A stretch of 64,000 nucleotides of DNA from Patescibacteria group bacterium (GTDB lineage: Bacteria; Patescibacteriota; UBA1384; JBBRAU01). The position numbers were made by a program, and so were the translations under genes. Positions 16,957-27,712 of the stretch are shown here, piece by piece. Every line of letters starts with the position of its first letter. Within the stretch, counting starts at the first letter, position 1. Location of the stretch: assembly GCA_038206475.1 (NCBI GenBank), contig JBBRAU010000001.1, positions 3,317-67,316 on the forward strand, read 5' to 3'. Under the pieces are notes generated by a model, which made no database searches, had not been told where the DNA came from, and saw nothing but the letters and a program-made list of their open reading frames with translations.

Positions 16957-17186
16957 GCGGCAGAGGACACTCCCGCTTGACGGGTGGCCGCGCAGCAAGC
17001 GCATCGGATGTCCACGCGGTGGCCTAGGGGGATGTGTGAAGGGGGAAGGGTTACCCCAAGGAAGCGAAGCTTCTTTGGGAACCCGGATATGGCCAGTCGC
17101 AACTTCGAGTATCCTCCTTCGCAACAACCACTACTCGCCACATTAATTATCAAGATTGCTTCGTCACTCCGCACCTCGCAATGACA
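16957..17186 (+). repeat. Structured intergenic element with a REP-like palindrome
   Basis: TGTGAAGGGGGA pairs with TCCTCCTTCGCA around an inner hairpin; the 3' part GATTGCTTCGTC...CTCGCAATGAC resembles a widespread REP-like repeat. Confidence 0.5.
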
Positions 17187-17198
17187 AGTAATAACTAG

Positions 17199-18842
<1,644 letters not shown>

Positions 18843-18867
18843 CAAGCACTCGCGAAAGAGAAATCTT

Positions 18868-18895
18868 CAAAAAGAGCCCACGATGGGCTCTTTTT
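18868..18895. terminator. Intrinsic terminator after groEL
   Basis: AAAAAGAGCCCA-CGA-TGGGCTCTTTTT. Confidence 0.88.
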
Positions 18896-18962
18896 GTTGA
18901 CAAACGCTAAATAGAACTATAATGAGATTGTATATCACTTCCCGCTCAGTAAAGGAGGAACC

Positions 18963-19712
18963 ATGGGAAGACATCTCACCTTTCAATCCGTGCTGGGCGC
19001 CTTCTGTGGAGGCTGGATCGGCACCCTACTCGCGCTCAACTCAGCAATCGGCTTCTACTGGGGACTTCTATTCGGCATGTTCATCGGCGGCTTAGTGAGC
19101 GCTGAACCAGAGCTGGCACAGGCGGTCAAAGACGCTTTTCAGTCTGAGCTGTGGACACGGAAAGGGTTGGAACGCACCTCGATTCGCATTCTCGGTCGCG
19201 TCTCCTGCGCTCTGACTATCTCCTAGGGAATCGCGCTGGCTCTCTGGCTTTTATCCATCGCAGAAGGCATCCACATAGGCTTGCGCTTCGGACACTGGGC
19301 GTTGGGCTGCACCTGCCTCTTCTTCCCATTCTGCTTCGCCGGTGTCAGCATCTGGTGCTGGTGGTACGAAAAACACGCCATGGACTACAATCATGCTGGC
19401 CAGCGCGAGCAGTACCAAGACATGCATGGCACCTGGATCCTCCTCGGCAATCCGATCTCGGCATCGATCATCATTGTCGGTTATGCCTTGTTCCTGGGGT
19501 ATGAGTGCCTACAATCGATATGGAATGCCCTTCTCGGCGGCCTTCACTGTCTTACGGCACTCCACCAGGTACCGTTCGCCATGATTGGTGCAGCAGCTGG
19601 CACGACAATCGGTTACTTCACCAATAGCTCGCTCAGCGGTGGCGCCATCGGTGCACTCATTGCCTTGGCTTTTGTCGAGTTACGAACCTGGGCACCGCAA
19701 CTTCGTCGGTAA
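18963..19712 (+). pseudogene. Membrane protein interrupted by one in-frame TAG (19224-19226)
   Basis: ORFs 18963-19226 and 19281-19712 share a frame and the intervening codons read GIALALWLLSIAEGIHIG; SD AAGGAGG and terminator are intact. Confidence 0.65.
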
Positions 19713-19829
19713 TAGCCAACCGCCCAAGCTTTGGGCGGTTTTTTATTGACATGATTGGGCTAATGGGTTAGTTTAAATATCGTGTTTTGCACCACTGCAT
19801 TCATTTTTTCGACCTGAGGAGGCCGAACC

Positions 19830-20039
19830 GTGTCAGAGTCTATAAAAAAGTGGGTTATGGACCCAGCGGCATGCGAGGAACTGAAGCAGAAAATCATGAA
19901 ACGGATTCTCGTCGCCCAGATCGACGTAGTGGAGAATCCGTTACCTCTGGTGAGCTGGGAGTACGATCTGATGCGTCAGGCGCTGATTATTCTCAATGGT
20001 TGGCTCGTTCGACCCATGCCGAGTCGGCTCCACACCTGA
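19830..20039 (+). CDS. Hypothetical protein (69 aa)
   Basis: SD GAGGAGG before GTG; upstream TTGACA; terminator at 20045-20077. Confidence 0.65.
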   Translation: MSESIKKWVMDPAACEELKQKIMKRILVAQIDVVENPLPLVSWEYDLMRQALIILNGWLVRPMPSRLHT

Positions 20040-20075
20040 ATCCTACCCAGCACGATTTCCGTGCTGGGTCTTTTT

Positions 20076-20387
20076 TTATGGACGAGCCGAGCGCTGAATG
20101 ATGGGCAATATCTGCTGCACTTCATTGCCGATACCAGGCAATAGCTGAAGGCTGCGTAGGCCGGCGTAAACAAGCCAAAGGACAACTGCCAAGCCAATCG
20201 TGCCGCCCAGTCCGGCTATTAGCCCATGCAAGAAGCTACGCCAAAAAGCCTGCGTGGCAATCCACCGACGCAGCAAGTTGTTAGTGGTTTTTAACTCTGC
20301 GTGCAGAGCTTTGAGCTCAATAGCGTTCGGCTCAGTCAGCGCTTTGGCAGTGTCAACAACCATCTCTCGAAGCGGGGGGTTAAGCAT
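20076..20387 (-). CDS. Small membrane protein (DUF5665-like)
   Basis: FWRSFLHGLIAGLGGTIG; TATACT 6 nt before the ATG. Confidence 0.7.
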   Translation of the reverse strand: MLNPPLREMVVDTAKALTEPNAIELKALHAELKTTNNLLRRWIATQAFWRSFLHGLIAGLGGTIGLAVVLWLVYAGLRSLQLLPGIGNEVQQILPIIQRSARP

Positions 20388-20402
20388 GTACCGAGTATAG
20401 CG

Positions 20403-20939
20403 TTAATCAACTGGCAGCGCACTGGTTTGCGGCTCCAGCAACGGCTGGCGCGGGTCAACGTCGGCAACTAAACGCCGGTCGGTGATTTTGATAATCCGTT
20501 CCCAGGAGATAATGCGCTTGGGCAAAAACTGCGACAGGTAGGGGACCGGCGTGCGCTGACAAACAAAATCGGTTACCTGCAAGCCATTGTTATCAAAGGT
20601 CAGATCAACCACGCGGCCAAGCGGCTCACCCATGGCCGATTCAGCCGCGAGCCCCAGGGCCTTCCATTGGCGGGGGAGAAAGTGACGGCCGGAAAGCTCG
20701 TGCCGCTGCTTCAGTTGCGCCTGTCGCTCAAGATGGTAATAAGGCGCGGTGATGTCTGCAATATCGTCGGCCAGCAAAAACCAGAGTTGCCGCTGCCACA
20801 GATGCGGCGGCTTCACGACCAAGGCAATCAGCTGACCAGTTTGCTTATTGATGGCCGCATCAGCCACAGCTGCAATCGGCTCAACCTGGCCGGCCACCCG
20901 CACCTCACGCCCTACGATTTGGCTAAAGTTGATACTCAT
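20403..20939 (-). CDS. Tandem PRC-barrel protein
   Basis: IVGREV..., GEPLGRVVDLTFD repeats. Confidence 0.75.
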   Translation of the reverse strand: MSINFSQIVGREVRVAGQVEPIAAVADAAINKQTGQLIALVVKPPHLWQRQLWFLLADDIADITAPYYHLERQAQLKQRHELSGRHFLPRQWKALGLAAESAMGEPLGRVVDLTFDNNGLQVTDFVCQRTPVPYLSQFLPKRIISWERIIKITDRRLVADVDPRQPLLEPQTSALPVD

Positions 20940-21023
20940 CGCCTTTAGATTGGCAAATTGCGCCCAAATGGACAAGAAAAGAGCCCGCAGGCTCCTGTCT
21001 TCTTACGTTAGTATGCGGGATCT

Positions 21024-21587
21024 TTACGCGCGTTCGGCGTAGGTGCCCTCTTCGGTGTTGACGCGGATGCGATCACCGGTTTTGACAAACAGCGGCACCT
21101 GAACAGTAGTGCCAGAAGAGATGGTCGCCGGCTTAAGCACGTTGGAGACGGTATTGCCACGCACGCCTGGCTCAGTCTCGGTTACTTCAAATTCAAGTTT
21201 GATCGGCAACTGAACGCCAATCGGTTGGCCGTCAAACAGCAGTACGTCCAACTCTTGGCCGTCGGTTAACCATTTTGCCGTGTCACCAACCACCTCGGCT
21301 GGCAACTCATACTGCTCAAATGTCGCTTGATCCATAAAAGCAAACTGGTTGCCCTGCCGGTAGAGAAAATTGACTTTGGCTCTGGCCATATCGGCTGCCT
21401 CGGCCTTTTCGTTACCACGAAAGGTTTTTTCGTAAATGGCGCCGCTTTTCAAGTTGCGCACTTTGACGCGTACAGTAGCGCCACCGCGGCCCATTTTAAC
21501 GTGCTCATACTTCAAAACCGCGGTTGGTTCGCCATTCAGGACGATGGCCGTTCCGGCCCGAAGTTCCGTTGGGTTCAGCGTTGGCAC
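21024..21587 (-). CDS. efp: Elongation factor P
   Basis: HVKMGRGGA loop, EPGVRGNT, VPLFV...RVNT. Confidence 0.97.
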   Translation of the reverse strand: MPTLNPTELRAGTAIVLNGEPTAVLKYEHVKMGRGGATVRVKVRNLKSGAIYEKTFRGNEKAEAADMARAKVNFLYRQGNQFAFMDQATFEQYELPAEVVGDTAKWLTDGQELDVLLFDGQPIGVQLPIKLEFEVTETEPGVRGNTVSNVLKPATISSGTTVQVPLFVKTGDRIRVNTEEGTYAERA

Positions 21588-21680
21588 AAGAAAGCCTTGC
21601 TTAAATAATTACGAAGTATGAAGTTATCATACTTTTGGACTTTTGTCGTGTTTTGTTCTGTTGGTGTTCTCTTGACCGGT

Positions 21681-21917
21681 TTAGTGGGTTGTGAACGGCA
21701 TCAGGGCCAAGTGGCGGGCGCGCTTAATGGCCACGTCCAAACGACGTTGGTGCCTGGCGCAAACACCAGTTTTTTGGCGGGGCAAAATACGGGCCCAAGT
21801 ACCAAGATAACGGCGCAGGTGCTCTGGCCGTTTGTAATCAATATCCATCGCTTTCACCTGGCAGAAGCGGCACTCTTTGCGACCACTACTGGTCTGGCGG
21901 GGGGCAGGTCGGGGCAC
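21681..21917 (-). CDS. rpsR: 30S ribosomal protein S18 (Zn-binding type)
   Basis: CRFC, IDYK, TGVCARHQR, AIKRARHLALMP. Confidence 0.96.
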   Translation of the reverse strand: MPRPAPRQTSSGRKECRFCQVKAMDIDYKRPEHLRRYLGTWARILPRQKTGVCARHQRRLDVAIKRARHLALMPFTTH

Positions 21918-21935
21918 GAGTTTCCTTTCTTACGA

Positions 21936-22427
21936 CTAGAACGGGATGTCGTCTAAGTCTTCAATCGTGATTTCGGCGCTCTCTGGCTTAGTAGCCGGCT
22001 TGCTTGATGCCGGTGCCTGCGGGGACGCAACCATGTCATCGGTAGACGATGCTGTGGGCGGACGATAGCCACCGGGCTCGCCGGTGCCAGCACCGCTTCT
22101 GGCGTTTAAAGCGATTAAGTTCTCGGCGATAATCTCAGTTTTTTGGCGTTTTTGGCCATCTTGGCCTTCCCAGCTGCGGGTTTGCAAGCGGCCCTCAACG
22201 TAGGCTGGCTGACCTTTATGCAAGATGGTGCTGGCAATCTCGGCCAGCTTACCCCAGGCCACGACGTCATGGTATTCGGTTTGATCTTGCTTGTTGCCGC
22301 TTTGGTCTGTCCAGCTGCGGTTGGTGGCGATAGCAAACGAGGTGACGGCTTGGCCGTTTGGCGTATAACGCATTTCGGGATCTCGAGTTAAGTTCCCAAG
22401 TACCATAGCGCGGTTTAAATTAAACAT
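21936..22427 (-). CDS. ssb: Single-stranded DNA-binding protein
   Basis: LNRAMVLGNLTRDPE; DDIPF tail. Confidence 0.98.
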   Translation of the reverse strand: MFNLNRAMVLGNLTRDPEMRYTPNGQAVTSFAIATNRSWTDQSGNKQDQTEYHDVVAWGKLAEIASTILHKGQPAYVEGRLQTRSWEGQDGQKRQKTEIIAENLIALNARSGAGTGEPGGYRPPTASSTDDMVASPQAPASSKPATKPESAEITIEDLDDIPF

Positions 22428-22482
22428 CTTCGTCCCTTCTCACCCTGCTTTGAGGGCTGTCTAGCTTGTTACTCTGTGTCTG

Positions 22483-22971
22483 TTAGTCTTTCAGTATCTC
22501 TTCCAGTTTTTCATCCAGTCTCTTTTGGCGCTCTTCCTCGTTTAGCGGTTCAGTCTCTTCTCCGGGCTCGACAGCGGGTTTTGGTGTGGCTTTGCTGGAG
22601 GTGGCGACGCTTGGCGGCAGTGCAGCCATTTTTGGCTTGCCGGACGTCTCACTGTCCTCTTTTTCGTTAGCCATCTGCAGCTGGCGCTCCGAGAAGCGCA
22701 GTTCTTGCAGCAGCAGGTGACGCAACACGCCACTGGCCCGACGAACATCACGGTCAATGTCGGCAACCACATTCGGCTCAAGCTCAAGCAGGTAGAACAC
22801 AAAACGACCACTTTTTTGCTTCGCAATGGGGTAAGCCAGGTTTTTCATGCCCATTACTTGCTCATCACGAATTGTACCACCGGCCGTGGTGATAATAGAT
22901 TTGACGGCCTCTTCAGCCTCAGTGCCGGCGGTTTCATGGTAAACCACCACAATTTCATACGGTTTGGCCAC
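22483..22971 (-). CDS. rpsF: 30S ribosomal protein S6 with a C-terminal extension
   Basis: YEIVVV, GMKNLAYPI, VLRHLL; rpsF-ssb-rpsR gene order. Confidence 0.94.
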   Translation of the reverse strand: MAKPYEIVVVYHETAGTEAEEAVKSIITTAGGTIRDEQVMGMKNLAYPIAKQKSGRFVFYLLELEPNVVADIDRDVRRASGVLRHLLLQELRFSERQLQMANEKEDSETSGKPKMAALPPSVATSSKATPKPAVEPGEETEPLNEEERQKRLDEKLEEILKD

Positions 22972-23030
22972 GGGACCTTTCCTTGGACTTCGACCAGCGC
23001 CCGAGAGGGTGCTGGTGAAAAGGTAGCTAT
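22972..23030 (-). promoter_or_regulatory. Structured rpsF leader (possible S6:S18 autoregulatory RNA)
   Basis: Hairpin ACCAGCACCC-TCTC-GGGCGCTGGT, closed by ACCTTTT pairing over the SD region GGAAAGGT. Confidence 0.45.
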
Positions 23031-23066
23031 TGAACTCTCTTAAAGTAGCACAATGTTATCGGAAGT

Positions 23067-23666
23067 TCAAGCCTCCAGAGCCGCCACCGTCTGCCAGCGC
23101 TGGTCAATTGCTGCCCAATTCAGGTGAGACAGAAAGTCAGCTATATAAGCGGCACGGTTAGCGCCAAAATCTGCAAAGTAACTGTGCTCATAAACGTCGA
23201 TTGGGATTATCGGGAAGGCACCCCAAACGCCTCCTTGGTTCTGGGCGTCAGCCTGGTAAACGTGCAGTTTTTTGTCCGAGAGATCGTAGGCGGTAATACT
23301 CCAACCGCGAGCGGACATGGCAACCGCACTGGCCAGCTTCTGCCACCTGTCAACTGAGCCAAAATCTTTAACAATTTGCTCGACAATAACCCCTATCGGT
23401 TGACCGTCGCCGCCCATAATAGCGAAGTAAGCTTCATGCAAAACCTGGCCGTTGGCGGCAAACGTTTCGCCTTCTTTCAGTCCGCGCAGTTGTGAGTAAA
23501 TTTGGTTGGCCGAGCTAAGGTCAACGTCGGCCAGCGCCTGCTCAATCTCGTTGCGCTTATTAACGTAGCCGGCGTACAGTTTGTCGTGGTGAATGGTGAC
23601 GCTGTTAGCGCTGATCGTGGCGCCAGACTGACTAGCCTCAAACGGCAATGGAACAATTTCGTGCAT
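23067..23666 (-). CDS. Fe/Mn superoxide dismutase
   Basis: HHDK, LHEAYF, DVYEHSY. Confidence 0.92.
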   Translation of the reverse strand: MHEIVPLPFEASQSGATISANSVTIHHDKLYAGYVNKRNEIEQALADVDLSSANQIYSQLRGLKEGETFAANGQVLHEAYFAIMGGDGQPIGVIVEQIVKDFGSVDRWQKLASAVAMSARGWSITAYDLSDKKLHVYQADAQNQGGVWGAFPIIPIDVYEHSYFADFGANRAAYIADFLSHLNWAAIDQRWQTVAALEA

Positions 23667-23742
23667 GATTCTCCTTCCATTTTCTTTCAGTTGTAGCAGG
23701 TGACCAAGACTGACGCGAGGCTATCCTGGTATACTCTGACTA

Positions 23743-24324
23743 ATGTCATTTTTTGAGCGGCTGCTGCAGCCTTTTGTCGGCAAACATGGTGACCGGCCGG
23801 TAGTCAACGGCATGTTTTTAACCGAGCTAGTCGATTTTGTGCGGGGGCAGCAGGGCGAAGCCGGTCTGCAAGCTTTGACGGCTCGGTTTGGGAGACCACT
23901 TACTTTTTCGATGCTCAAAACGTATCCGATTGAGCAAGAGCTGCAGCTGCGTCGAGCCGTGCTGGACCAAGTTTTTGGCGGCCCGAGCGACCAGGCCTTG
24001 CTGTACCTGGGCCAGCTGTCGTTTAACTCGGTGCTCAAGAACCCCGTTGGTCGCCAAGCACTGGCGAGCGTTGATCGAGATCCGGTTAAAATGGTTTCAG
24101 GCGCCCGTTACTTTTACAGTTTGTTCACTAACTACGGCCAGCGCAGCTTTAATTTCTTGTCGCCCAAGCACGCCCACATCAGCGTTATCGACGACCCGGA
24201 GGAGCCGGCCTACATTTTAGGCCTAATTATGGCTGGACTGCGCTACTGTAGCGTCCAAAATCCACGTGCCTATTACAGTGTCCTGGGGCCAAACCAGTAC
24301 GTTTTTGATATCACGTGGCAATGA
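23743..24324 (+). CDS. DUF2378 (TIGR02265)-like protein
   Basis: VNGMFL, F..LKTYP, LG..SF...PVGR, TNYGQR pattern. Confidence 0.65.
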   Translation: MSFFERLLQPFVGKHGDRPVVNGMFLTELVDFVRGQQGEAGLQALTARFGRPLTFSMLKTYPIEQELQLRRAVLDQVFGGPSDQALLYLGQLSFNSVLKNPVGRQALASVDRDPVKMVSGARYFYSLFTNYGQRSFNFLSPKHAHISVIDDPEEPAYILGLIMAGLRYCSVQNPRAYYSVLGPNQYVFDITWQ

Positions 24325-25271
24325 AGCCCGTGAGACGGTCCCGGCACTACCCGCTGGCTATCGCTACCGGCGTCCTGATAGTCGCGGTATTGATGTGGCT
24401 CCATGTTCACGCCACCAGTCCGCAGCCCGTCGGAGCGATCAGCCCAACAGTATCACCTAGCTTCATCAAACCTGCCGCACCAGCAAGCAGAGTAGAGCCC
24501 CCGACCTCGACGGCACCAAACCTGCTGCTGCCAATCATAACCTACCACTACATTGCGCCGCCGCCACCCCACGAGCCGCTGCCCGGGCTGTACACCGTGC
24601 CGGCTCAGTTCAAGCAACAGCTCGATGCCCTCACCCAGGCTGGCTACCATTTTGGCCGCTTGCGCGACCTAGAGTCTGGTTGGCAGAAGAGCAAGCTGGA
24701 CCGCAAGCTGATCATTTTGACCTTTGACGACGGCTACCAGGATTTTTACACCACCGCTTGGCCGGTACTCCGTGAGCGCCAGATCCCAGCCACCATCTAT
24801 TTAGTCAGCGGCTTTCTGGATACTCCAGGCCACCTCACCACGTCAGAGGTCAAAGAATTAGCCGACTCGCCGCTGATTACGGTTGGCGCCCATACCGTTG
24901 ACCACAAGGATCTGTCGACGCTGGCTGAAGCCGCCGAGCAAGCGGAAATCGTCAACAGCAAGCAGACGCTTGAAGCGATTATCGGCCGGCCAGTGATCGA
25001 TTTTTGCTATCCGTCAGGCAAGTACACCACACAGACCTTGCAGCTGGTCGCCCGAGACGGCTTTGTGACCGCTACCACGACACACCGGGGTGTTTGGCAC
25101 AGTCGTCGGCAACCGCTGGAGCTAACCCGACTTGAGGCACAAAATCTGAGCGGGGCGGCGCTTGTGGCTCGGCTGACTACAGAGGCTCGGGCAAGCCAAC
25201 CTGCAGCAGCTTCACCGGCACCGTCACCTGCTTCACAAAATCCTCAGCGTCAGTTGCAGAGCCGACAATAG
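24315..25271 (+). CDS. Membrane-anchored polysaccharide deacetylase (CE4)
   Basis: YHYI, LTFDDGY, GAHTVDH, FCYPSG. Confidence 0.92.
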   Translation: MAMKPVRRSRHYPLAIATGVLIVAVLMWLHVHATSPQPVGAISPTVSPSFIKPAAPASRVEPPTSTAPNLLLPIITYHYIAPPPPHEPLPGLYTVPAQFKQQLDALTQAGYHFGRLRDLESGWQKSKLDRKLIILTFDDGYQDFYTTAWPVLRERQIPATIYLVSGFLDTPGHLTTSEVKELADSPLITVGAHTVDHKDLSTLAEAAEQAEIVNSKQTLEAIIGRPVIDFCYPSGKYTTQTLQLVARDGFVTATTTHRGVWHSRRQPLELTRLEAQNLSGAALVARLTTEARASQPAAASPAPSPASQNPQRQLQSRQ

Positions 25272-25845
25272 TGCCGTAGTGCATCGGAATGGCGAGCTTT
25301 GGCCGCACGGCGTCCACGGCTGCAGCTGCTTCATGAGCGGTCATTACGGTAGGGGCCAGAAACCGGTGTCAGCATGACGTCAATATTCTGCAGAGAGCGC
25401 ATCTCGTCGGTCGGGTCGGAGTCGCCGGTATGGTAAATACGCTGGCCGCCAAACGTAAGAACGTAGCCAACTTGACCGACCTCTTTGGGGTGAAACGGCT
25501 GGTCGGATTCTCGAAATTTATTGACGTTGTAGGCTGGCAACGTCTCAATCAGCGCACCGGCCACCGTAAGCTGCTGGCCGGGTTCAGTAAACTGAGTAGC
25601 TGGCCAATCGGCTAAAGCCTTCCTGGCCGAATGCGGTGCGAGTGGGCAGTATCTGGGCCGGTCATCTGCTGGACATCCGCCAGCGAGAGATGATCGTGAT
25701 GTTCATGCGTAATTAATATCAGGTCCACCGGCGGCACACCGGCCGGCAATTCCCATGGATCAATCATAGCGCGATGCTTCTCGTCTACTAGTAAGAAACT
25801 ATCGTGCCCAAACCAGGTGATTGTTACTCCTGCCCCTTCTTCGAT
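25177..25845 (-). pseudogene. Frameshifted MBL-fold hydrolase
   Basis: ITWFGHDSF, ITHEHHDH, IYHTGDS and AIPMHYGT are split by frameshifts near 25640 and 25350; no in-frame start. Confidence 0.8.
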
Positions 25846-25878
25846 TCGAGAACACGCTACTAGCGGGTTTTTCCAAGC

Positions 25879-26277
25879 CTAAAATTCGACTCTGCTGTAG
25901 CCTGAGCTGCCGTATTTCGGCAGCAATTTGACCGAAACCTTGAACTTGCGGGTGCTGCCATCAGCACCGGTCACCTCATCGGTTTTGTTGGCCTCGTAAT
26001 GGCGATACAGCTCAGCCGACAAAATCTCCTGCAGCGTCTTCAGCTCCTCAGTGTTCTCTTTGATGGTGGCGACCATCTTCTGGTTAGCCGGCGTGTTGTA
26101 GATGGTGTCTTTGAACTGCTTCTTTTTGGCCACCGCCGCTTTGGCGTCCTCAGCCGCTTGGTGGTACTCTGGGTCGTTATCAAGTTCAGCTTTCAGCATC
26201 TCCTTAGTAATCTTCAGCTCTGACTGCAGCTCCTCTATTTGGCTGATGCGCTGCTGGATGGAGGCAATTTCACTCAT
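25879..26277 (-). CDS. Coiled-coil hypothetical protein
   Basis: SD AAAGGA; long helical charged ORF. Confidence 0.75.
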   Translation of the reverse strand: MSEIASIQQRISQIEELQSELKITKEMLKAELDNDPEYHQAAEDAKAAVAKKKQFKDTIYNTPANQKMVATIKENTEELKTLQEILSAELYRHYEANKTDEVTGADGSTRKFKVSVKLLPKYGSSGYSRVEF

Positions 26278-26361
26278 AGATGATCCTTTCACTTCTCTTC
26301 GCCACAGGGCACAAAAATCGGCCCGCCGGAGCGGGCCGTACGTAGGCTCATTTTAGGTGCG

Positions 26362-27189
26362 TCAGAGTCCGACCGCAAGTCGCAGGATAGATACCGCATC
26401 CGCCACAGTGACGCCAGCCGGGGCCACCGTATCGGCGGTAAAGCCAGACCAACCGGAGCCGTCGTCGAGACCAACCGTCAAGCGCAGAGCGCCAACAGCG
26501 TCGGCGATGTTGACCTGGCCGTCCAGGTTGGCGTCTCCGGAGCCAGGCATGTAGGGCTCGACCGTCGACAGGAACAGCGGCCGCAGCTTCTCCACGGTGG
26601 ACAGGCTGAGCCAGGCGGTCGGCGGACCGCCGTCAACCGCTTTTTGCCGCGCCCAGGCCATGGCGTGCTCGCCAGCTGTGATATACGGCGATTCGTCATC
26701 CTCCCGCCTGATCGTCCGGCTGCTTGAAGCCAGCGAGACTGAGACGACGCCGCTTGTGGCGTTGACCGCAACGACAGGGTGGTATAGATTGACTGACGTC
26801 GCAGTGCCAACAAACGCCGGCGGCAGTGGAACGTGGATACCTTCGGTTTTCTGGCTAACGTCCACCGTCAGGTCGGCGCCACTGGGTTTCAGCCAGGTCG
26901 AGTAATCGACGGAGCCGGCATGAACAACTAGTAGCAGCGGTCCAGGATCGTCGACCGAGAGCGTCAAATTGCCCTGGCTGGCCAAACTGATTCCAGCCAG
27001 AGTAGTGAACGATTTGTTGACGCTTTTCAGGTCACGCGCGGTAGGCGGCGGATCAAGCCGGACGATCGCCGCCCTGATACCAGTCACGGATTGGCTCACC
27101 ACCGTCACGTTGATGGCTGCGGCTAGGGGTGGCCGAGCCAACACGAACACGAACAGGAGCAGGAGCAGGAGCAGCACAGCGATGCGCAT
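26362..27189 (-). CDS. Secreted protein with a C-terminal dockerin-like domain
   Basis: Signal peptide; GDANLDGQVNIADAV...GVTVADAVSILR duplicated loop-helix; SD AAGGAGG. Confidence 0.75.
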   Translation of the reverse strand: MRIAVLLLLLLLFVFVLARPPLAAAINVTVVSQSVTGIRAAIVRLDPPPTARDLKSVNKSFTTLAGISLASQGNLTLSVDDPGPLLLVVHAGSVDYSTWLKPSGADLTVDVSQKTEGIHVPLPPAFVGTATSVNLYHPVVAVNATSGVVSVSLASSSRTIRREDDESPYITAGEHAMAWARQKAVDGGPPTAWLSLSTVEKLRPLFLSTVEPYMPGSGDANLDGQVNIADAVGALRLTVGLDDGSGWSGFTADTVAPAGVTVADAVSILRLAVGL

Positions 27190-27412
27190 CAGGACCTCCT
27201 TGGGCGCGAAAGGCTCTCTGGTTCCGCCATTTGTAAGCACCCAAGCTGCAGCATGGGCCCTGGGCGGACAGTAAAACGAGCGGGGCAAAACAGCTTCAGT
27301 TTATTCGCCTGCAGTCAAACAAACAAGCTCTTGCTTGTTGATCGCCGCAATTAGTTGTTTAGCCAATCAAAAAAACGGACGGCGAGCGTCCGTTTTTCCT
27401 TTGCTTGAAGCG

Positions 27413-27643
27413 TTAGCTGGCGGCGCCAACTTCAGCTGAAAACTGAATGGCTGACTCGAACTTATCGCTCTCTAAGCCTTCGACAATGCCTTTGTCCATC
27501 TCTTTGCAACGCGGATCACCGTGCTGCTCGATGTAGTCGATGATTTCCTGCTTGGTGGCCGGAAATTCGACGCCGGGCTTACCGTCTTTCGACTCGATAT
27601 CTTCGGCAATGTGTGCCGGCTCGTGGGTCATGCTGTCGTCCAT
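27413..27643 (-). CDS. DUF2795-like small protein
   Basis: GVEFPATKQEII...FES; SD GAGGAGG. Confidence 0.7.
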   Translation of the reverse strand: MDDSMTHEPAHIAEDIESKDGKPGVEFPATKQEIIDYIEQHGDPRCKEMDKGIVEGLESDKFESAIQFSAEVGAAS

Positions 27644-27712
27644 CAAGGCCTCCTCAAATTGTTTACCGCTTGTACTCCTCAAGCCTAGGTTGTCTAACCG
27701 CGCCTGGCAAGT

